Source: Hemiscyllium ocellatum (lineage: Eukaryota). From it: 64,000 nucleotides of DNA. Under the pieces are notes generated by a model. It searched no databases and had not been told where the DNA came from. It saw nothing but the letters and a program-made list of their open reading frames with translations. Shown here in pieces: positions 52,502 to 64,000 of the stretch. Positions within the stretch are counted from its first letter, which is position 1. Every line of letters starts with the position of its first letter. Both the position numbers and the translations under genes were made by a program. The stretch is taken from contig NC_083410.1 in NCBI RefSeq assembly GCF_020745735.1, positions 41,700,117 through 41,764,116 on the forward strand, given 5' to 3'.

Positions 52502-52633
52502 CTTGGTGCTGTAATCTTGAAGGAGATGAAGCATATATTGATCCACCATTAGCATTTGTTCACTTGGAACTCCATCAGTTTCAGGGTTAAAATTATAAAG
52601 GTTCCCCAACATAAAGCGTAATGTATTCCGTAA
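52502..52633 (-). CDS. IARS2: IARS2 coding exon
   Basis: tttcag|TTA..AAG|gtaatt; [44 protein letters not shown]. Confidence 0.96.
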
Positions 52634-53101
52634 CTGAAAACACAGAATAAATTATTAAGATAAAGAAGCAGCCTCCCTGGTTTGTCTTCACCAGACGGCA
52701 AGGTAGAGATGGTCTTTATCACAAACTTCTAAGAGAATACGTATGATTGAAGGATGACAGATTTATGGCTGTTCTAAATTAAGACATGTTGAACACTTCT
52801 GAATAAATCACTGCAAATATTAAAATAATGGCCATTATTAATAATTTTGTTTCTAGCTCATATCATAAATGAAACTCTTGACTTGTGCAATACACAAATT
52901 ATTTCAGTTTAATGCATCATTTTAATTTTATAATAGGCTAAATAGAACACCAAAGCTCTTAACTAATTTCCAGATACCTTGCTCTTCAAAATATTCGCAA
53001 AATTATGTTTTCAAAAATGTCTAACAAAACAGCTAAGATGCCTAATCATTGTTTGTGAAATGCTGTAACATATCCTAATGATGTAAAAGGAGCTATATAA
53101 A

Positions 53102-54781
53102 CGAGCGAGTTTTGAGAAGAGTTGTAGCTCAGGTTGAGGTTCTGGGTGTAGGTTTGCTTGCTGAGCTGGAAGGTTTGTTTTCAGACGTTTAGTCACCATG
53201 CTAGGTAACAAATTCAGTGAGTCTCCGAACGAAGCACTGGTGGTGTAGTCTACTTTCTATTTATATATTCGGGTTCCCTTGGGTTAGTGAGGTCATTTCC
53301 TGTGGTGACATTTCCTATGGTGGTGTCATTTCCTGTTCTTTTTCTCAGAAGGTGGTAAATGGGATCCAAGTCAATGTGTTTATTGATACAGTTTCAGTTG
53401 GAACGTCATGCTTCTAGGAATTCTCGTGCATGTCTCTGTTTGTCTTGTCCTAGGTTGGATGTGTCGTCCTAGTCGAACTGGTGTCCTTCCTCACCTGTAT
53501 GTAAGGATACAAGTGTCCTGGTGGCTAGTTTTCTGCCTGTTTGTCCAATGTAGGTCATGCAAGGTATTTTGTAGGTGACATTAGTTTTGTATGTTGTCTG
53601 TATAGGGTCCTTCAAGTTAATTAGCTGCTGTTTTAGTGTGTTGGTGAGTTTGTGGACTACCATGATGCAAAAGGGTCTGAGTAGTCTGGCAGTCATTTCC
53701 AAGATGTATTTGATGTCGGGGAGAGTGGCTAGGTTTTCTGGACGTGTTTGTCTGCTTGTTTGGGTTTGTTGCTCAGAAATCGGCAGACTGTGTTCATTGG
53801 GTACCCATTCTTTTTGAATACACTGTATAGGTGATTTTCCATTGCTCTGCGTAGTTCCTCCATGCTGCAGTGTGTGGTGGCTCGTTGAAATAATGTTCTG
53901 ATGCAACTTAGTTTGTGGATTTTGGGATGATTGCTTCTTTAGTTCAGTATTTGTTGTTTTCCTGTGGACGCTAGGTTAAACTTCTGCATTGGCTGATTGC
54001 TTTACTGTGACATCTAGCAATGGCAGTTTGTTGTTGTTTTCCTCCTCTTTAGTGAATTTTATGCAGTAAGCGTAGTATTGATGGTGTTGAAGGTTTCCTT
54101 TAATTTGTTTCATTTATTGATGACAATGGTGTCATCCACATAGCAGACCCAACGTTTGGATTGGATGATTGGCAAAGCTGTTTGTTCGAGTCTCTACATT
54201 ACTACCTCTGCAACGGCATGATAGTAGCCCGCAAACCCACCAACACACTAAAACAGCAGCTAATGAATTTGAAAGACCCTATACAGACAATAAGCAAAAC
54301 TAATGTCATCTACAAAATATCTTGCAAGAACTGTAACAAATACTACATTGGACAAACAAGCAGAAAACTAGCCACCAGGATCCATGAACATCAAGCAGCC
54401 ACAAAAAGACATGACCCAACCTCACTAGTATCCTTACATACACGTGAGGAAGTTCATTACTTCGACTGGGACAACATATCCATCCTAGGATAAGTCAAAT
54501 AGAGACATGCATGAGAATTCCTAGAATCATGACATTCCAACCAAAACTCTATCAACAAACACATTGACTTGGATCCCATTTACCTACCCACTGAGAAAAA
54601 GAACAGGAAATGACACCACCACAGGAAATGACATCAATCACCCAAGGAAACCCAAATATATAAACAGAAAGTGGCTACACCACCAGTGCTTCATTCAGAG
54701 GCTCACTGACGATGTTACCTAGTATGGTGACGAAATGTCTGAAAACAAACCTTCCAGCTTAGCGAGCAAACCTACATCCAG
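53102..54781 (-). mobile_element. Penelope-like element (Poseidon-type), 5'-truncated, with an inverted copy of its 3' part
   Basis: - strand RT motif WVCYVDDT near 54125-54151 and decayed GIY-YIG; + strand copy NVIYKISCKNCNKYYIGQTSRKLATRIHEH; flanking repeat CTATATAAA at 53093-53101 and 54784-54792. Confidence 0.88.
54703..54742 (+). ncRNA. minimal hammerhead ribozyme motif in the PLE terminal repeat (family D)
   Basis: UCA-CUGACGA-U-GUUACC-UAGUAU-GGUGAC-GAA-AUGU-C-UGA; a mutated mirror copy lies at about 53181-53221 (-). Confidence 0.7.
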
Positions 54782-55695
54782 GACTATATAAATGCTGGGG
54801 ACCATCTGAAGAAATGGATATTTTCATAACAAGCCCAGTGATTGATCCTTCCTGGTACTCTGTTTAAACATTTCTTTCATTGGAGGCTGTTGAGTAATTT
54901 CACTCTGTGACACTATAATGCCAAAGAGTGCCTCTCTTTGATAGTGCAACAGAATATGAAATGCAGAACACTAAATTTAGAATAGAACAGAATAGCAAAC
55001 ACCCATTCAACCTATGGTTTACAAAAATCAACTCAAACAGCAGACAGGTTTAGCATTTCCATGCAGTCCGTATTCCCGACAGTCTCATCCATTCAAGCAA
55101 TATTTGCTTAAATACAGCTGAAAAAGGGGCACATGTTGTTGCAACATTCTGTGTTGTACTCTTCAGAACATTTGCAAGAAAACCAATATAAGATGATGAC
55201 AACATTTTTATACCATATGAGAAAAATGTGTTGACTGTTTGTTGAATGAACTCTGATGGGCAGAAAATTGCATAGTAAGTTTTGTTTAAAATTTAAACGA
55301 GACAGGCGGACTCCAAATGTTAAAGTCATTACCTTGAGCAATAAACTGGAGAATGGCTGTTGCTTATTTTGTTACATTGTAATAGGCACAGTGTGCTTTA
55401 TCTGCAAAGAACCGCATCTCGTGTGTTAATATATGAAGCTTCCAGTATGTGCAGGTGCACCACACTATGTGCCCAACTCTCTGGTTGATGGCTTTTCACT
55501 GTCGTCCGTCACTGTTCCCTTTTACTACTAATCTAGTAGATTGTGGAAATGAAAATGTTCTCATCATCTCAAGGATCAAGGATAATGCAGGAAAGTGATG
55601 ATGAAGTGGAAGACCAACCACGATCCCTGTGAATAGCAGGGTGCTGAATGGAAAAGGGCTGTAAGGACTACTCTTGCTCCCATTTATGTTCTAAT

Positions 55696-55996
55696 ATTAG
55701 ATTAGATTAGATAACTGACAGTGTGGAAACAGGCCCTTTGGCCCAACAAGTCCACACCGACCCTCTGAAGAGTAACCCATCCAGACCCATTTCCCTCTGA
55801 CTAACGCACCTAACACTATGGGAAATTTAGCATAGCCAATTCACCTGACCTGCCCATGTTTTGGACTATGGGAGGAAACCCGAGCAGACACAGGGAGAAT
55901 GTGCAAACTCCACGAACACAGTCGCCCGAGGCTGGAACAGAACCTGGGACCCTGGTGCTGTGAGACAATAGTGCTAACCGCTGAGCCACTGTGCCG
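55696..55996 (-). mobile_element. HE1-type SINE
   Basis: (TTAGA)n tail, full body. Confidence 0.85.
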
Positions 55997-56199
55997 TTCG
56001 TATTATTATGACAAACTGTCTGATTTTTCTCTTATTTGCCATCAAATAAAAGTTTTGCCAATGAGGTATATTTTTTTTAAATTCAGATGCCTGGGGAAGC
56101 AGTTATAGCTCAATGTTAAGGTTAACGATAATTTAATGGAATCAGCTAATGCAGTACAAATGGTTGTGATAAAACCACAAATTGATCTCAGGACAGAAG

Positions 56200-58200
56200 T
56201 TCAGCATGTGGGCAATGAATGGCCTTGGATGGCCATAGTTGTAATTTGAGCTGCTCCTCCTGTTCCACTATGGGACAAGTGTTCACAAGATCCTTGGCCC
56301 ATCTTCAAATGGATGGCTGTTATCCAGATTTTCTGTGGAAATTTTAAATCTGACATTTTATCACCCAGATCGATGGTGTTTGCAGTTGACTAGGTGTGTC
56401 ATAGAGAGGTGACTCTGTCTTCAGTTTGCAGGGTGTGAAACATGTTCAGTTGAGAGCACAGGATTTGAGATGGGTGCATAGGATTTTCATCAAGGTTTTG
56501 TGCTTTGTTAGCTATCAGTCAAAGGTATTTTTTGAGGAGAATGTTTTCCTGGGAATGTCAGGTGATTCACCGAGTGTAAGTCATTGTAACTGCACTGGTC
56601 TCGATGTCCCAAAAATAATTCTTTCTGGAAGTGGAAATGTATCATATTTATCTGCCAGCTTCTGAGCCCATTGAGCAACAGTACTCTATTGTTGGGTAGA
56701 CAAGTGTAAGTGAAACAATATTAAGCATGTTGTCTTTGTCTCAGGTAGAACTTGCCAGTTTCACATGAGATTCACTCTCATCCTGACCTTGGCTCTAGTG
56801 TATTGAAGGTTTTCATGGTAGGTCAATGAATAGTCAGAGAGTGACACTAAGCAATTTTGGCATTTGGGGGACAAGTGCTCAACTATAGAACTGGCTTCCT
56901 TGGTTTTTGAGTTGGTCAGGTGGAAGATTGACATTACAGTCTTGGCCTGATTTAATTAAGTCTTGTCTTTTTCTGAAGTGGGCTTCCAGAGACTCTAGAT
57001 CTTCAGTGAGAATTTCCTCAGTATTCTGTTGAGCATAGCTTGGAAAACAAGGGTGAGTTGCTGGGACATGCAAAAAGCTGTAACTTTGTTGGACAACAGT
57101 CACTAGTTATATATAAAGAAGTCGTTTGAGGAATGATCAGAGTCTGTTGTTGGCAGCTGAACCTGTCTGCAAGGTACACATGGAATTATTTGGTTTCTGA
57201 TCATGGAGTTGTTTGGTTATCAGGTTTTCAGACTGCAAATAAATTGGAGAGTTTCAGCAGCCTGCCTTTTTCCACACAGTGTCACAGCTCAGGCTCAGGC
57301 TAAGTCGAAAAAACCATTTCCTGTCTTAAGGCCTTTCTGAAAACCAGCCTCAATTGAGAAGGGTTAGGACTAGCTCAGAGCAATTGCAGCCAGTGCGAAA
57401 ATCTGCTTCTGCCTGGAGACCTTACTGCTTCCAGGATGGGACTCAAACTGTTTCACAGGAGGAACTCCATGTCCTTTTATGTTATTGACAGCAGACCATG
57501 GGCAGCAGTGCTTGGTTACTGAGTGGCTTCCCACTTGGCAACGGTCACTACCTTGGACTGGCACCAGATAGTTGGAATGGTACTTGTGCTTTGAATGGCG
57601 GTAAGCTTTGCCAGCCAATACTGTCCCTGTGATTCAGTGTGCTTCAGGAATTCTGGGCAAATCCCATCAATTTCTGCTTTTGTGCCTGACTTACATGTTG
57701 TCAAGATACAGTATATTTCCTCATGTGTAGGGTTACCAGAAGACTGTCTGCTCTCAGGAAGACTTGCAAGACTGCATCAGCACTATTTTTACTGTCTGCT
57801 GACTGACACCTCTGGTTTATTAGAAACTGGGAAACAATAGTATGAGCAATGACTCAGGATTGCTGGTATGGTTGTTGTTCAGCTACTTCCAGGTGGCCTA
57901 GAAGTTCCCACCCCTTTTGATACTGCCAGCTGTCAGAGCTCAGTTAGTCTTCAACTGAATTGGCTGCCAGACCCAGAGATACACAACAGCAACTTTGGTG
58001 ATGATTGAATTATTCAACCTCTACTGCCACCTACAGGATGTGTCATGGCCTCCTGCCTATCATCTATCCACACAATGCAGCCTGGATTAAAAATAAAACC
58101 TGCATCCTAATGCTGCATTGCACTGTCAATGCTTTGATGTGAAGGACCACTCTGCAAATTCATCAGATTTCCTGTGCACTGCCTCATCAACATGGTACAT
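56200..58200 (-). mobile_element. degenerate non-LTR retrotransposon, Ingi/Vingi-like
   Basis: frameshifted motifs GTKAEIDGICPEFLK, IPTIWCQSKVV, DTVWK..LLKL, QGS, EEILTEDLESLEAHF. Confidence 0.5.
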
Positions 58201-58395
58201 CGCTCAACCTAAACTAAGCCTGACACACTGCATTTCAATTGAATAGAAAGGCTTCTATATAAATTCAAGTTACAAAAATAATAATAAAACACCTGTCATT
58301 GAAGGAGTTATGTACATCTTACTGCCAACAGGAAAGTGTACTTAGTATTAGCAAAACAAGAAGAACTTCAGAGTTCATCTTTTCTTAGTTCTAAC

Positions 58396-58521
58396 CTTAA
58401 AAATGTCATCTCTTGCTGCTTGCAGTATATTTTTGCCAATTAAAATCTCTGTGAAAACATTCGACTCTGCTGCCCACCAGCGAAGAACATCTGCCCCATA
58501 GGGCGGGTCTTGGTTTGGATC
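58396..58521 (-). CDS. IARS2: IARS2 coding exon
   Basis: gtatag|GAT..AAG|gttaga; [42 protein letters not shown]. Confidence 0.96.
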
Positions 58522-59537
58522 CTATACAACATAAGCAACTGTAGTTAATATCTTACAGCATAAATAAAAACATAGGAAATGTAGAATTTTGTTGATTATG
58601 TGCACATAATCTTAATGCACAATTTGTATGAACTTGATTTCCAGATGAAAAGAAATTTCTCTCTCATGTTAATGCACTAAACAAAAATTTAAGGTCACTG
58701 AGGCCAAACAAATGCACATTAATTAACTAATTTTGCATTCACTTATAAGGAGCTTCAAGAATTAAGAACCTTCTTTACTTGCAATTACAAGACAAAAAGC
58801 ATTGATGAATATCATTTTCAACCTTCAAGTGAACATGTGTTGAATATTATCCAAATAGGATAATTAAATAATTTAATTTTGAATAATTGTCAGTATTTCA
58901 AGAATATGTAGAAAGTATGCCGAATGAAGTTGAAAAGTACAGTTTTATCTTTTAATATCCTTGTCACACGATTAAGAGCCAAGATTGGTATTAACTTGTG
59001 GTGCATGCATTTAACATGTTTATACGAAGACTGATCAATATTTCATTTAAAAAAATAATTTCCTACTTCTTACCACACAGAGAAGCTATTGTCTCACTTT
59101 GCAATAAATCCCAGCATTCATCTAATCAATTAATATAGCATCATATTCATGGTGAACATTAGCAATCTGCTATGTGCTGCTACAGAATCCAAGCCGCTGG
59201 AAAGTTTAAACGAGCAACTTTGCCTATCCTCAATCTTCCTGGAATCCTCATAGTCATACTTAGTCACACGGACAATGTCAAAAAAAGAAACTGTGAACCG
59301 CTCCTCTAGTATTCAATTCACGTTCAACTATATGGTGAATGGAGTGGACCTGACAATACAAACTCAGCACCAGTAAACATGTTTGCAAAACCCACAAATG
59401 AAGTGGCAATGGTAAAGGCTATAAAAATCTGAATTTGTTCAAGAAGTGACTGCAGTAGGTACAGTAGAATGACCACAGGTTTGCAGAAACAAATATGAAG
59501 CTCTTCATAAGAGATGGTTATAAGAAAAGAATATTCA

Positions 59538-59641
59538 CCAGTTCTGCAGAAGGGTCACTGTACTCGAAATATTAATTCTGCTTTCTCTCACAAAACAATG
59601 CCAGACCTGCTGAGTTTCTCCAGCAATTCCTGTTTTTGTTC
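59538..59641 (+). mobile_element. degenerate PLE-type terminal fragment with decayed hammerhead
   Basis: AGTT-CTGCAGA-A-GGGT-CACTGT-ACTC-GAA-ATAT-T-AATT plus tail; similar relics at about 2690-2772, 35300-35408 and 51977-52065. Confidence 0.6.
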
Positions 59642-59656
59642 CACTAAGTGGGGTTT

Positions 59657-59984
59657 TTAGATTAGATTCCTTATAGTATAGAAACAGGCCCTTTTGCCCA
59701 CCAAGTGCACACCGACCCTCCAAAGAGTAACCCACCCAGACCCATTCCCCTCCCCTATATTTACCCCTGACTAATGCACCTAACACTACAGGCAATTTAG
59801 CATGGCCAATTCATCTGACCTGCACATCTTTGGATTGTGGGAGGAAACCGGAGCACCAGGAGGAAACTCACGCAGAAGGAGAATGTGCAAACTCCACACA
59901 GACAGTTGCCCGAAGTGAGAATCGAGACCAGGTCCTTGGTGCTGTGAGGCAGCAGTGCTAACCACTGAGCCACCGTGCCGCCCC
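59657..59984 (-). mobile_element. HE1-type SINE
   Basis: full length, ending ccaccgtgccgccc. Confidence 0.87.
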
Positions 59985-60036
59985 ATTCCTTGAAATTTAA
60001 CAGATTAAAAGGAGACCTGACAATGTTTTCAAGATG

Positions 60037-60248
60037 CAGATAGCCCCTGCTATCTGAAAATACAGCATTCTCAGGAAACCTTTCATAAGCTGAAAATGGC
60101 GTAAAGTGAAGGTGCATGTGGGTAAAAAGTATCATCGTTTCTTGTAAAAGCGAAAATCCTCTCCGAATATGCGCAAGGTACTAATATAGCTCTTTTAATA
60201 AAAGCAAAACTGCGTAAAGCAAACATTCGAAAAATTGGGGGGTACCTG
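60037..60248. mobile_element. probable Tigger-like MITE nested in a CR1 3' fragment
   Basis: CAGATAGCCCC ... GGGGTACCTG|TA imperfect TIRs; CR1 sequence continues on both sides. Confidence 0.5.
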
Positions 60249-60968
60249 TATTAAGGGGAACAGCTTAGATAGACACAAGCAAAGAACTTAGGCTGCTTAG
60301 GGATTCTAGGACTTGGGAATCATTTAAAAATTAGAGCTCGACTTTTCAGCAGTGAAGTTAGGAAATACGTCTTCACACAAAGGACTGCAAATGTTTAAAG
60401 GTCTCTTCCACAAAAGAAAATGGTGCTCTATCAATTGTTAATTTTGTGATGGGTAGATTTTGTTAACCAAAGATATTAACGGATCTAAGGCATACATCTG
60501 GAATACACATGGAAGTCACAGATCAACTATGATCTCATTAAATGACAGAGCAGGTTTCAAAGGACATCACAATGAGCCACTTCATTCATTTAGCTGCTGA
60601 TATCCTATCCACCTTTACAAAAGAATTACTTAAGGCAAGAAACCTTCATAGATGCAAGCACAGCATCATATAGTACAGAAGAGGCCTTTCGGTCTACTGT
60701 GTTCTATACTCCCAAACATACACGGCTAGCTACACTAGTTCTCTTTTCCCACATTACGCCCATAGCCTTGAATGTTATGAACGTTTCTTTTTTTTAAACC
60801 CTACTTTCACTGTAGCATTCTTTGAAAATGCAGTACCTTGACAAAGTGTTTTTGATCACTGTTTAAGTTCATAACTGTTGATAACTTACTTAGTTCTGAA
60901 AAACTAATTTTATATTAAACTAGTTTTTTTTGTTGTGAGAACTAAAACAAAATACTGTAAAGACTTAC

Positions 60969-61071
60969 CAGTCCTCCATTAACAATAACATCTGGATCTA
61001 CCACAGTTCCAATGGATTTGGACATTTTTTCACCACTTTCATTGAGAGTAAATCCATGGACCACCAGTTTT
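60969..61071 (-). CDS. IARS2: IARS2 coding exon carrying the class I aminoacyl-tRNA synthetase KMSKS motif
   Basis: cctcag|A..CTG|gtaagt; [34 protein letters not shown]. Confidence 0.96.
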
Positions 61072-63197
61072 CTGAGGATAAAATATTCAAAGCTTACTAA
61101 CGAAAATCTGTCCTCCACTAAAAGATGCTTTAGTATTCCACAATTTTATACAGTTTAAAGGCAGGATTTTCCATGCAAATGCTTCAAACCAGAAACTTAA
61201 GTTAAATTGTTTTGAGGGGAGTATATTTGTAAACATGTGTATTTAAACTTTTAGAAGTACTCTTAAAACAAATAATTTAGACAAGCATTTTTGTTAAATC
61301 ACAATTTTCATTCCACTTCTTAATGATTTGCTTGTGCTACTGGGTAGGGTTTCATTTATCATTTATATTTTATTCACTCATGGACTATGAGCTCCCCTGG
61401 CTGAATCAGCATTTATAGCACAACCCCAGATGCACTTGTGTTGGAGCTGGTGAGCTAACTTCTTGAAGAGTTGAAGCCCATGTGTTGAAGATAAAACCAC
61501 AATGCTACTAGGAAGGGAATTCCATGATTTTGACCCAGTGACAGTGAAGGAACGGCGATGATATATTTCCAAGCCAGGATGGTGAGGGACTTGGAGGGGA
61601 ATTTGCAGATGGTAGTATTTCCATGTATCTACTGCCCTTGTCCTTCTAGATGGAAGTCGTTGTGGGTTTGTAAGACTATTTTCAAAGGATTTTTGATGAA
61701 TTTTTGCAATGCATTTTGTCGCTAGTACACACTAAAACTACTGAGCATTGGGAATAGATGTTTGTAGATGTGGTATGAATCAAATGGGATGCTTTGTCTT
61801 GAATGGTGTTAAGTTTCATTGTTGTTGGGAGATGAACTCATCAGGCAAATAAAAAGTATGCCACAACACTACTCACGTGCCTCACAGATGGTGGGCAGGT
61901 TTTAGGGAATCTAGAGGTTGTACAGTCATAAAGCCCGGGAACAGATCCTTCGGTCCAACCAGTCCACGCTGACCATGTACCCAAACTAAACTGGTCCCAC
62001 CTGCCTGCACTTGGCCCATATCTCTCCAAACATGTCCTATTCATTAACTTATTCAAACATCTTTTAAACATGTAACTGTACCTGCATCCACTACTTTCTC
62101 CACCAGTTCATTCCCCACACAAACCAGTCTGTAAAAAGGTTGTTCCTCATGTCTTTTTCCTCTTGCTCTAAAAATATGCTTTCTAGTTTTGAACTCCCCC
62201 AACATCATGCAGTTTTCATAGCCTCTGAATGTTTCTTATAGTCACTTTACTTGTATTACAAGTCCAATTCAGTTTCTAGTCAATGGTAATCCCCAGGATG
62301 TTGATAGTGGGGGATATAGGAATGATAAAGCCAGTAAATGTCAAGGTGCAGTGGTTAGATTTATATCTTGCTGGAGATGGTCACTACCTGGCATTTGTAT
62401 GGCATGAATGTTACGTGACATTTTTCAGCCCAAGACTGGATATTGTTCAGGGCTTGATGCATTTGGACGTGGACTCCTTAGAATCTGAGGAGTCAGAATG
62501 CTGCTGAACATTGTGCAAACTTCGGACATTATAATGATTGCAAGTTTTGAGAAGATTTGTAGCTCAGGTTTAAGGTTCTGGATCGAAGTTTGCTTGCTGA
62601 GCTGGATTTAGATGATCATATAACACACTATTCATGCCACTGATATGTGAGAATATTGAATTGCCTCTAATTTTAATAAGAAACCTGATCAATCCACTGA
62701 GATCCTCCTGCAGTTTATAGTTATCCTCCTTACTATTCACCTCCCAACTAATTTTTGCGACATCTGCAAACTTCTTGATCAAACGGCCTGAACTTAAGTC
62801 CATATACTTCATTATAATCCACAACAAGAATGGTCACAATACCAAGCCCTGCGGAACCTCACTGGAAATAGATTTTCACTCACAGAAACATTCCCTCTGC
62901 GTTCACCCTCCATTGAATCCAAAATTGGCTAAGAGACAATGTGCCACTTTGCCTTGCATCCCATAAGCTCTTAACTTTCCTGACCAATCTGTCATGACAA
63001 ATGCTGTCAAAAGCCTTATTGAAATCCATATAAAACCCATCTTCTTCGACTTATAACAAGGCACTCCTCTTTGTAATGTCAATCCAAATCATCAGAAAAT
63101 AAGTTGCAGCCAAATTCAGGCCGTGCATTCCTGATGGGCAAGGATTCTGATCAGGTGAATTTATAACATTGTCCTCCTAAAGGAATTTATAACATTG

Positions 63198-64000
63198 TCC
63201 ATCTACTATAAACCGACTGACTCCCACAGCTACCTGGACTACACCTCCTCCCACCCTGCCCCCTGCAAAAACTCCATCCCATATTCCCAATTCCTTCGTC
63301 TCCGCCGCATCTGCTCCCAGGAGGACCAGTTCCAACACCGCACAGCCCAGATGGCCTCCTTCTTCAAGGATCGCAGATTCCCCCCAGACGTGATCGACGA
63401 TGCCCTCCACCGCATCTCCTCCACTTCCCGCTCCTCCGCCCTTGAGCCCCACTCCTCCAACCGCCACCAAGACAGAACCCCACTGGTTCTCACCTACCAC
63501 CCCACCAACCTCCGCATACAACGTATCATCCGCCGTCATTTCCGCCACCTCCAAACGGACCCCACCACCAAGGATATATTTCCCTCCCCTCCCCTATCAG
63601 CGTTCCGCAAGGACCACTCCCTTCGTGACTCCCTCGTCAGATCCACACCCCCCCACCAACCCAACCTCCACCCCCGGCACTTTCCCCTGCGACCGCAGGA
63701 AATGTAAAACTTGCGCCCACACCTCCACACTCACTTCCCTCCAAGGCCCCAAGGGATCCTTCCATATCCGCCACAAGTTCACCTGTACCTCCACACACAT
63801 CATCTATTGCATCCGCTGCACCCGATGTGGCCTCCTCTATATTGGGGAGACAGGCCGCTTACTTGCGGAACGCTTCAGAGAACACCTCTGGGCCGCCCGG
63901 ACCAACCAACCCAACCACCCCGTGGCTCAACACTTTAACTCTCCCTCCCCCTCCACCGAGGACATGCAGGTCCTTGGACTCCTCCACCGGCAGAACATAA
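63198..64000 (+). mobile_element. Penelope-like element (Neptune-type), RT C-terminus + Cys linker + GIY-YIG endonuclease, running off the window
   Basis: SIYYKPTDSHSYLDYTSSHP..SIPYSQFLRLRRICS; after a +1 shift in the C7 run (63648-63654) reads PCDRRKCKTCAH..IIYCIRCTRCGLLYIGETGRLLAERFREH..VAQHF, open to the window end. Confidence 0.9.

Noticed and set aside
63177-63803. Minus-strand ORFs over the Neptune element
   Set aside because: Antisense shadows of a C-rich PLE coding strand.

Overview
Eukaryotic genomic DNA from a vertebrate, very probably a shark or ray (inferred from HE1-type tRNA-derived SINEs with (TCTAA)n tails and abundant CR1 and Penelope repeats). The window holds the 3' parts of two tail-to-tail genes. 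RAB3GAP2 is on + with 17 coding exons (69..36931, about 760 C-terminal codons). IARS2, the mitochondrial isoleucyl-tRNA synthetase, is on - with 8 coding exons (61071..39825, from the KMSKS motif to the C-terminal Zn finger). All exons have GT-AG boundaries and consistent phases. The introns are packed with CR1, L2, L1 and Vingi-like LINE pieces, SINEs, solo LTRs, Tc1/mariner MITEs and two Penelope-like elements (PLEs). The most notable signal is a set of 85-230 bp fold-back mini-elements flanked by 13-15 bp target-site duplications (TSDs) and centred on minimal hammerhead-ribozyme cores. At least four sequence families share the fold with compensatory changes, including a U3-A8 replacement of the C3-G8 pair. 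Two GIY-YIG-encoding PLEs in the same window are candidate mobilisers. Homology calls come from recalled protein and repeat families, not from database searches. Repeat boundaries without a TSD are approximate.
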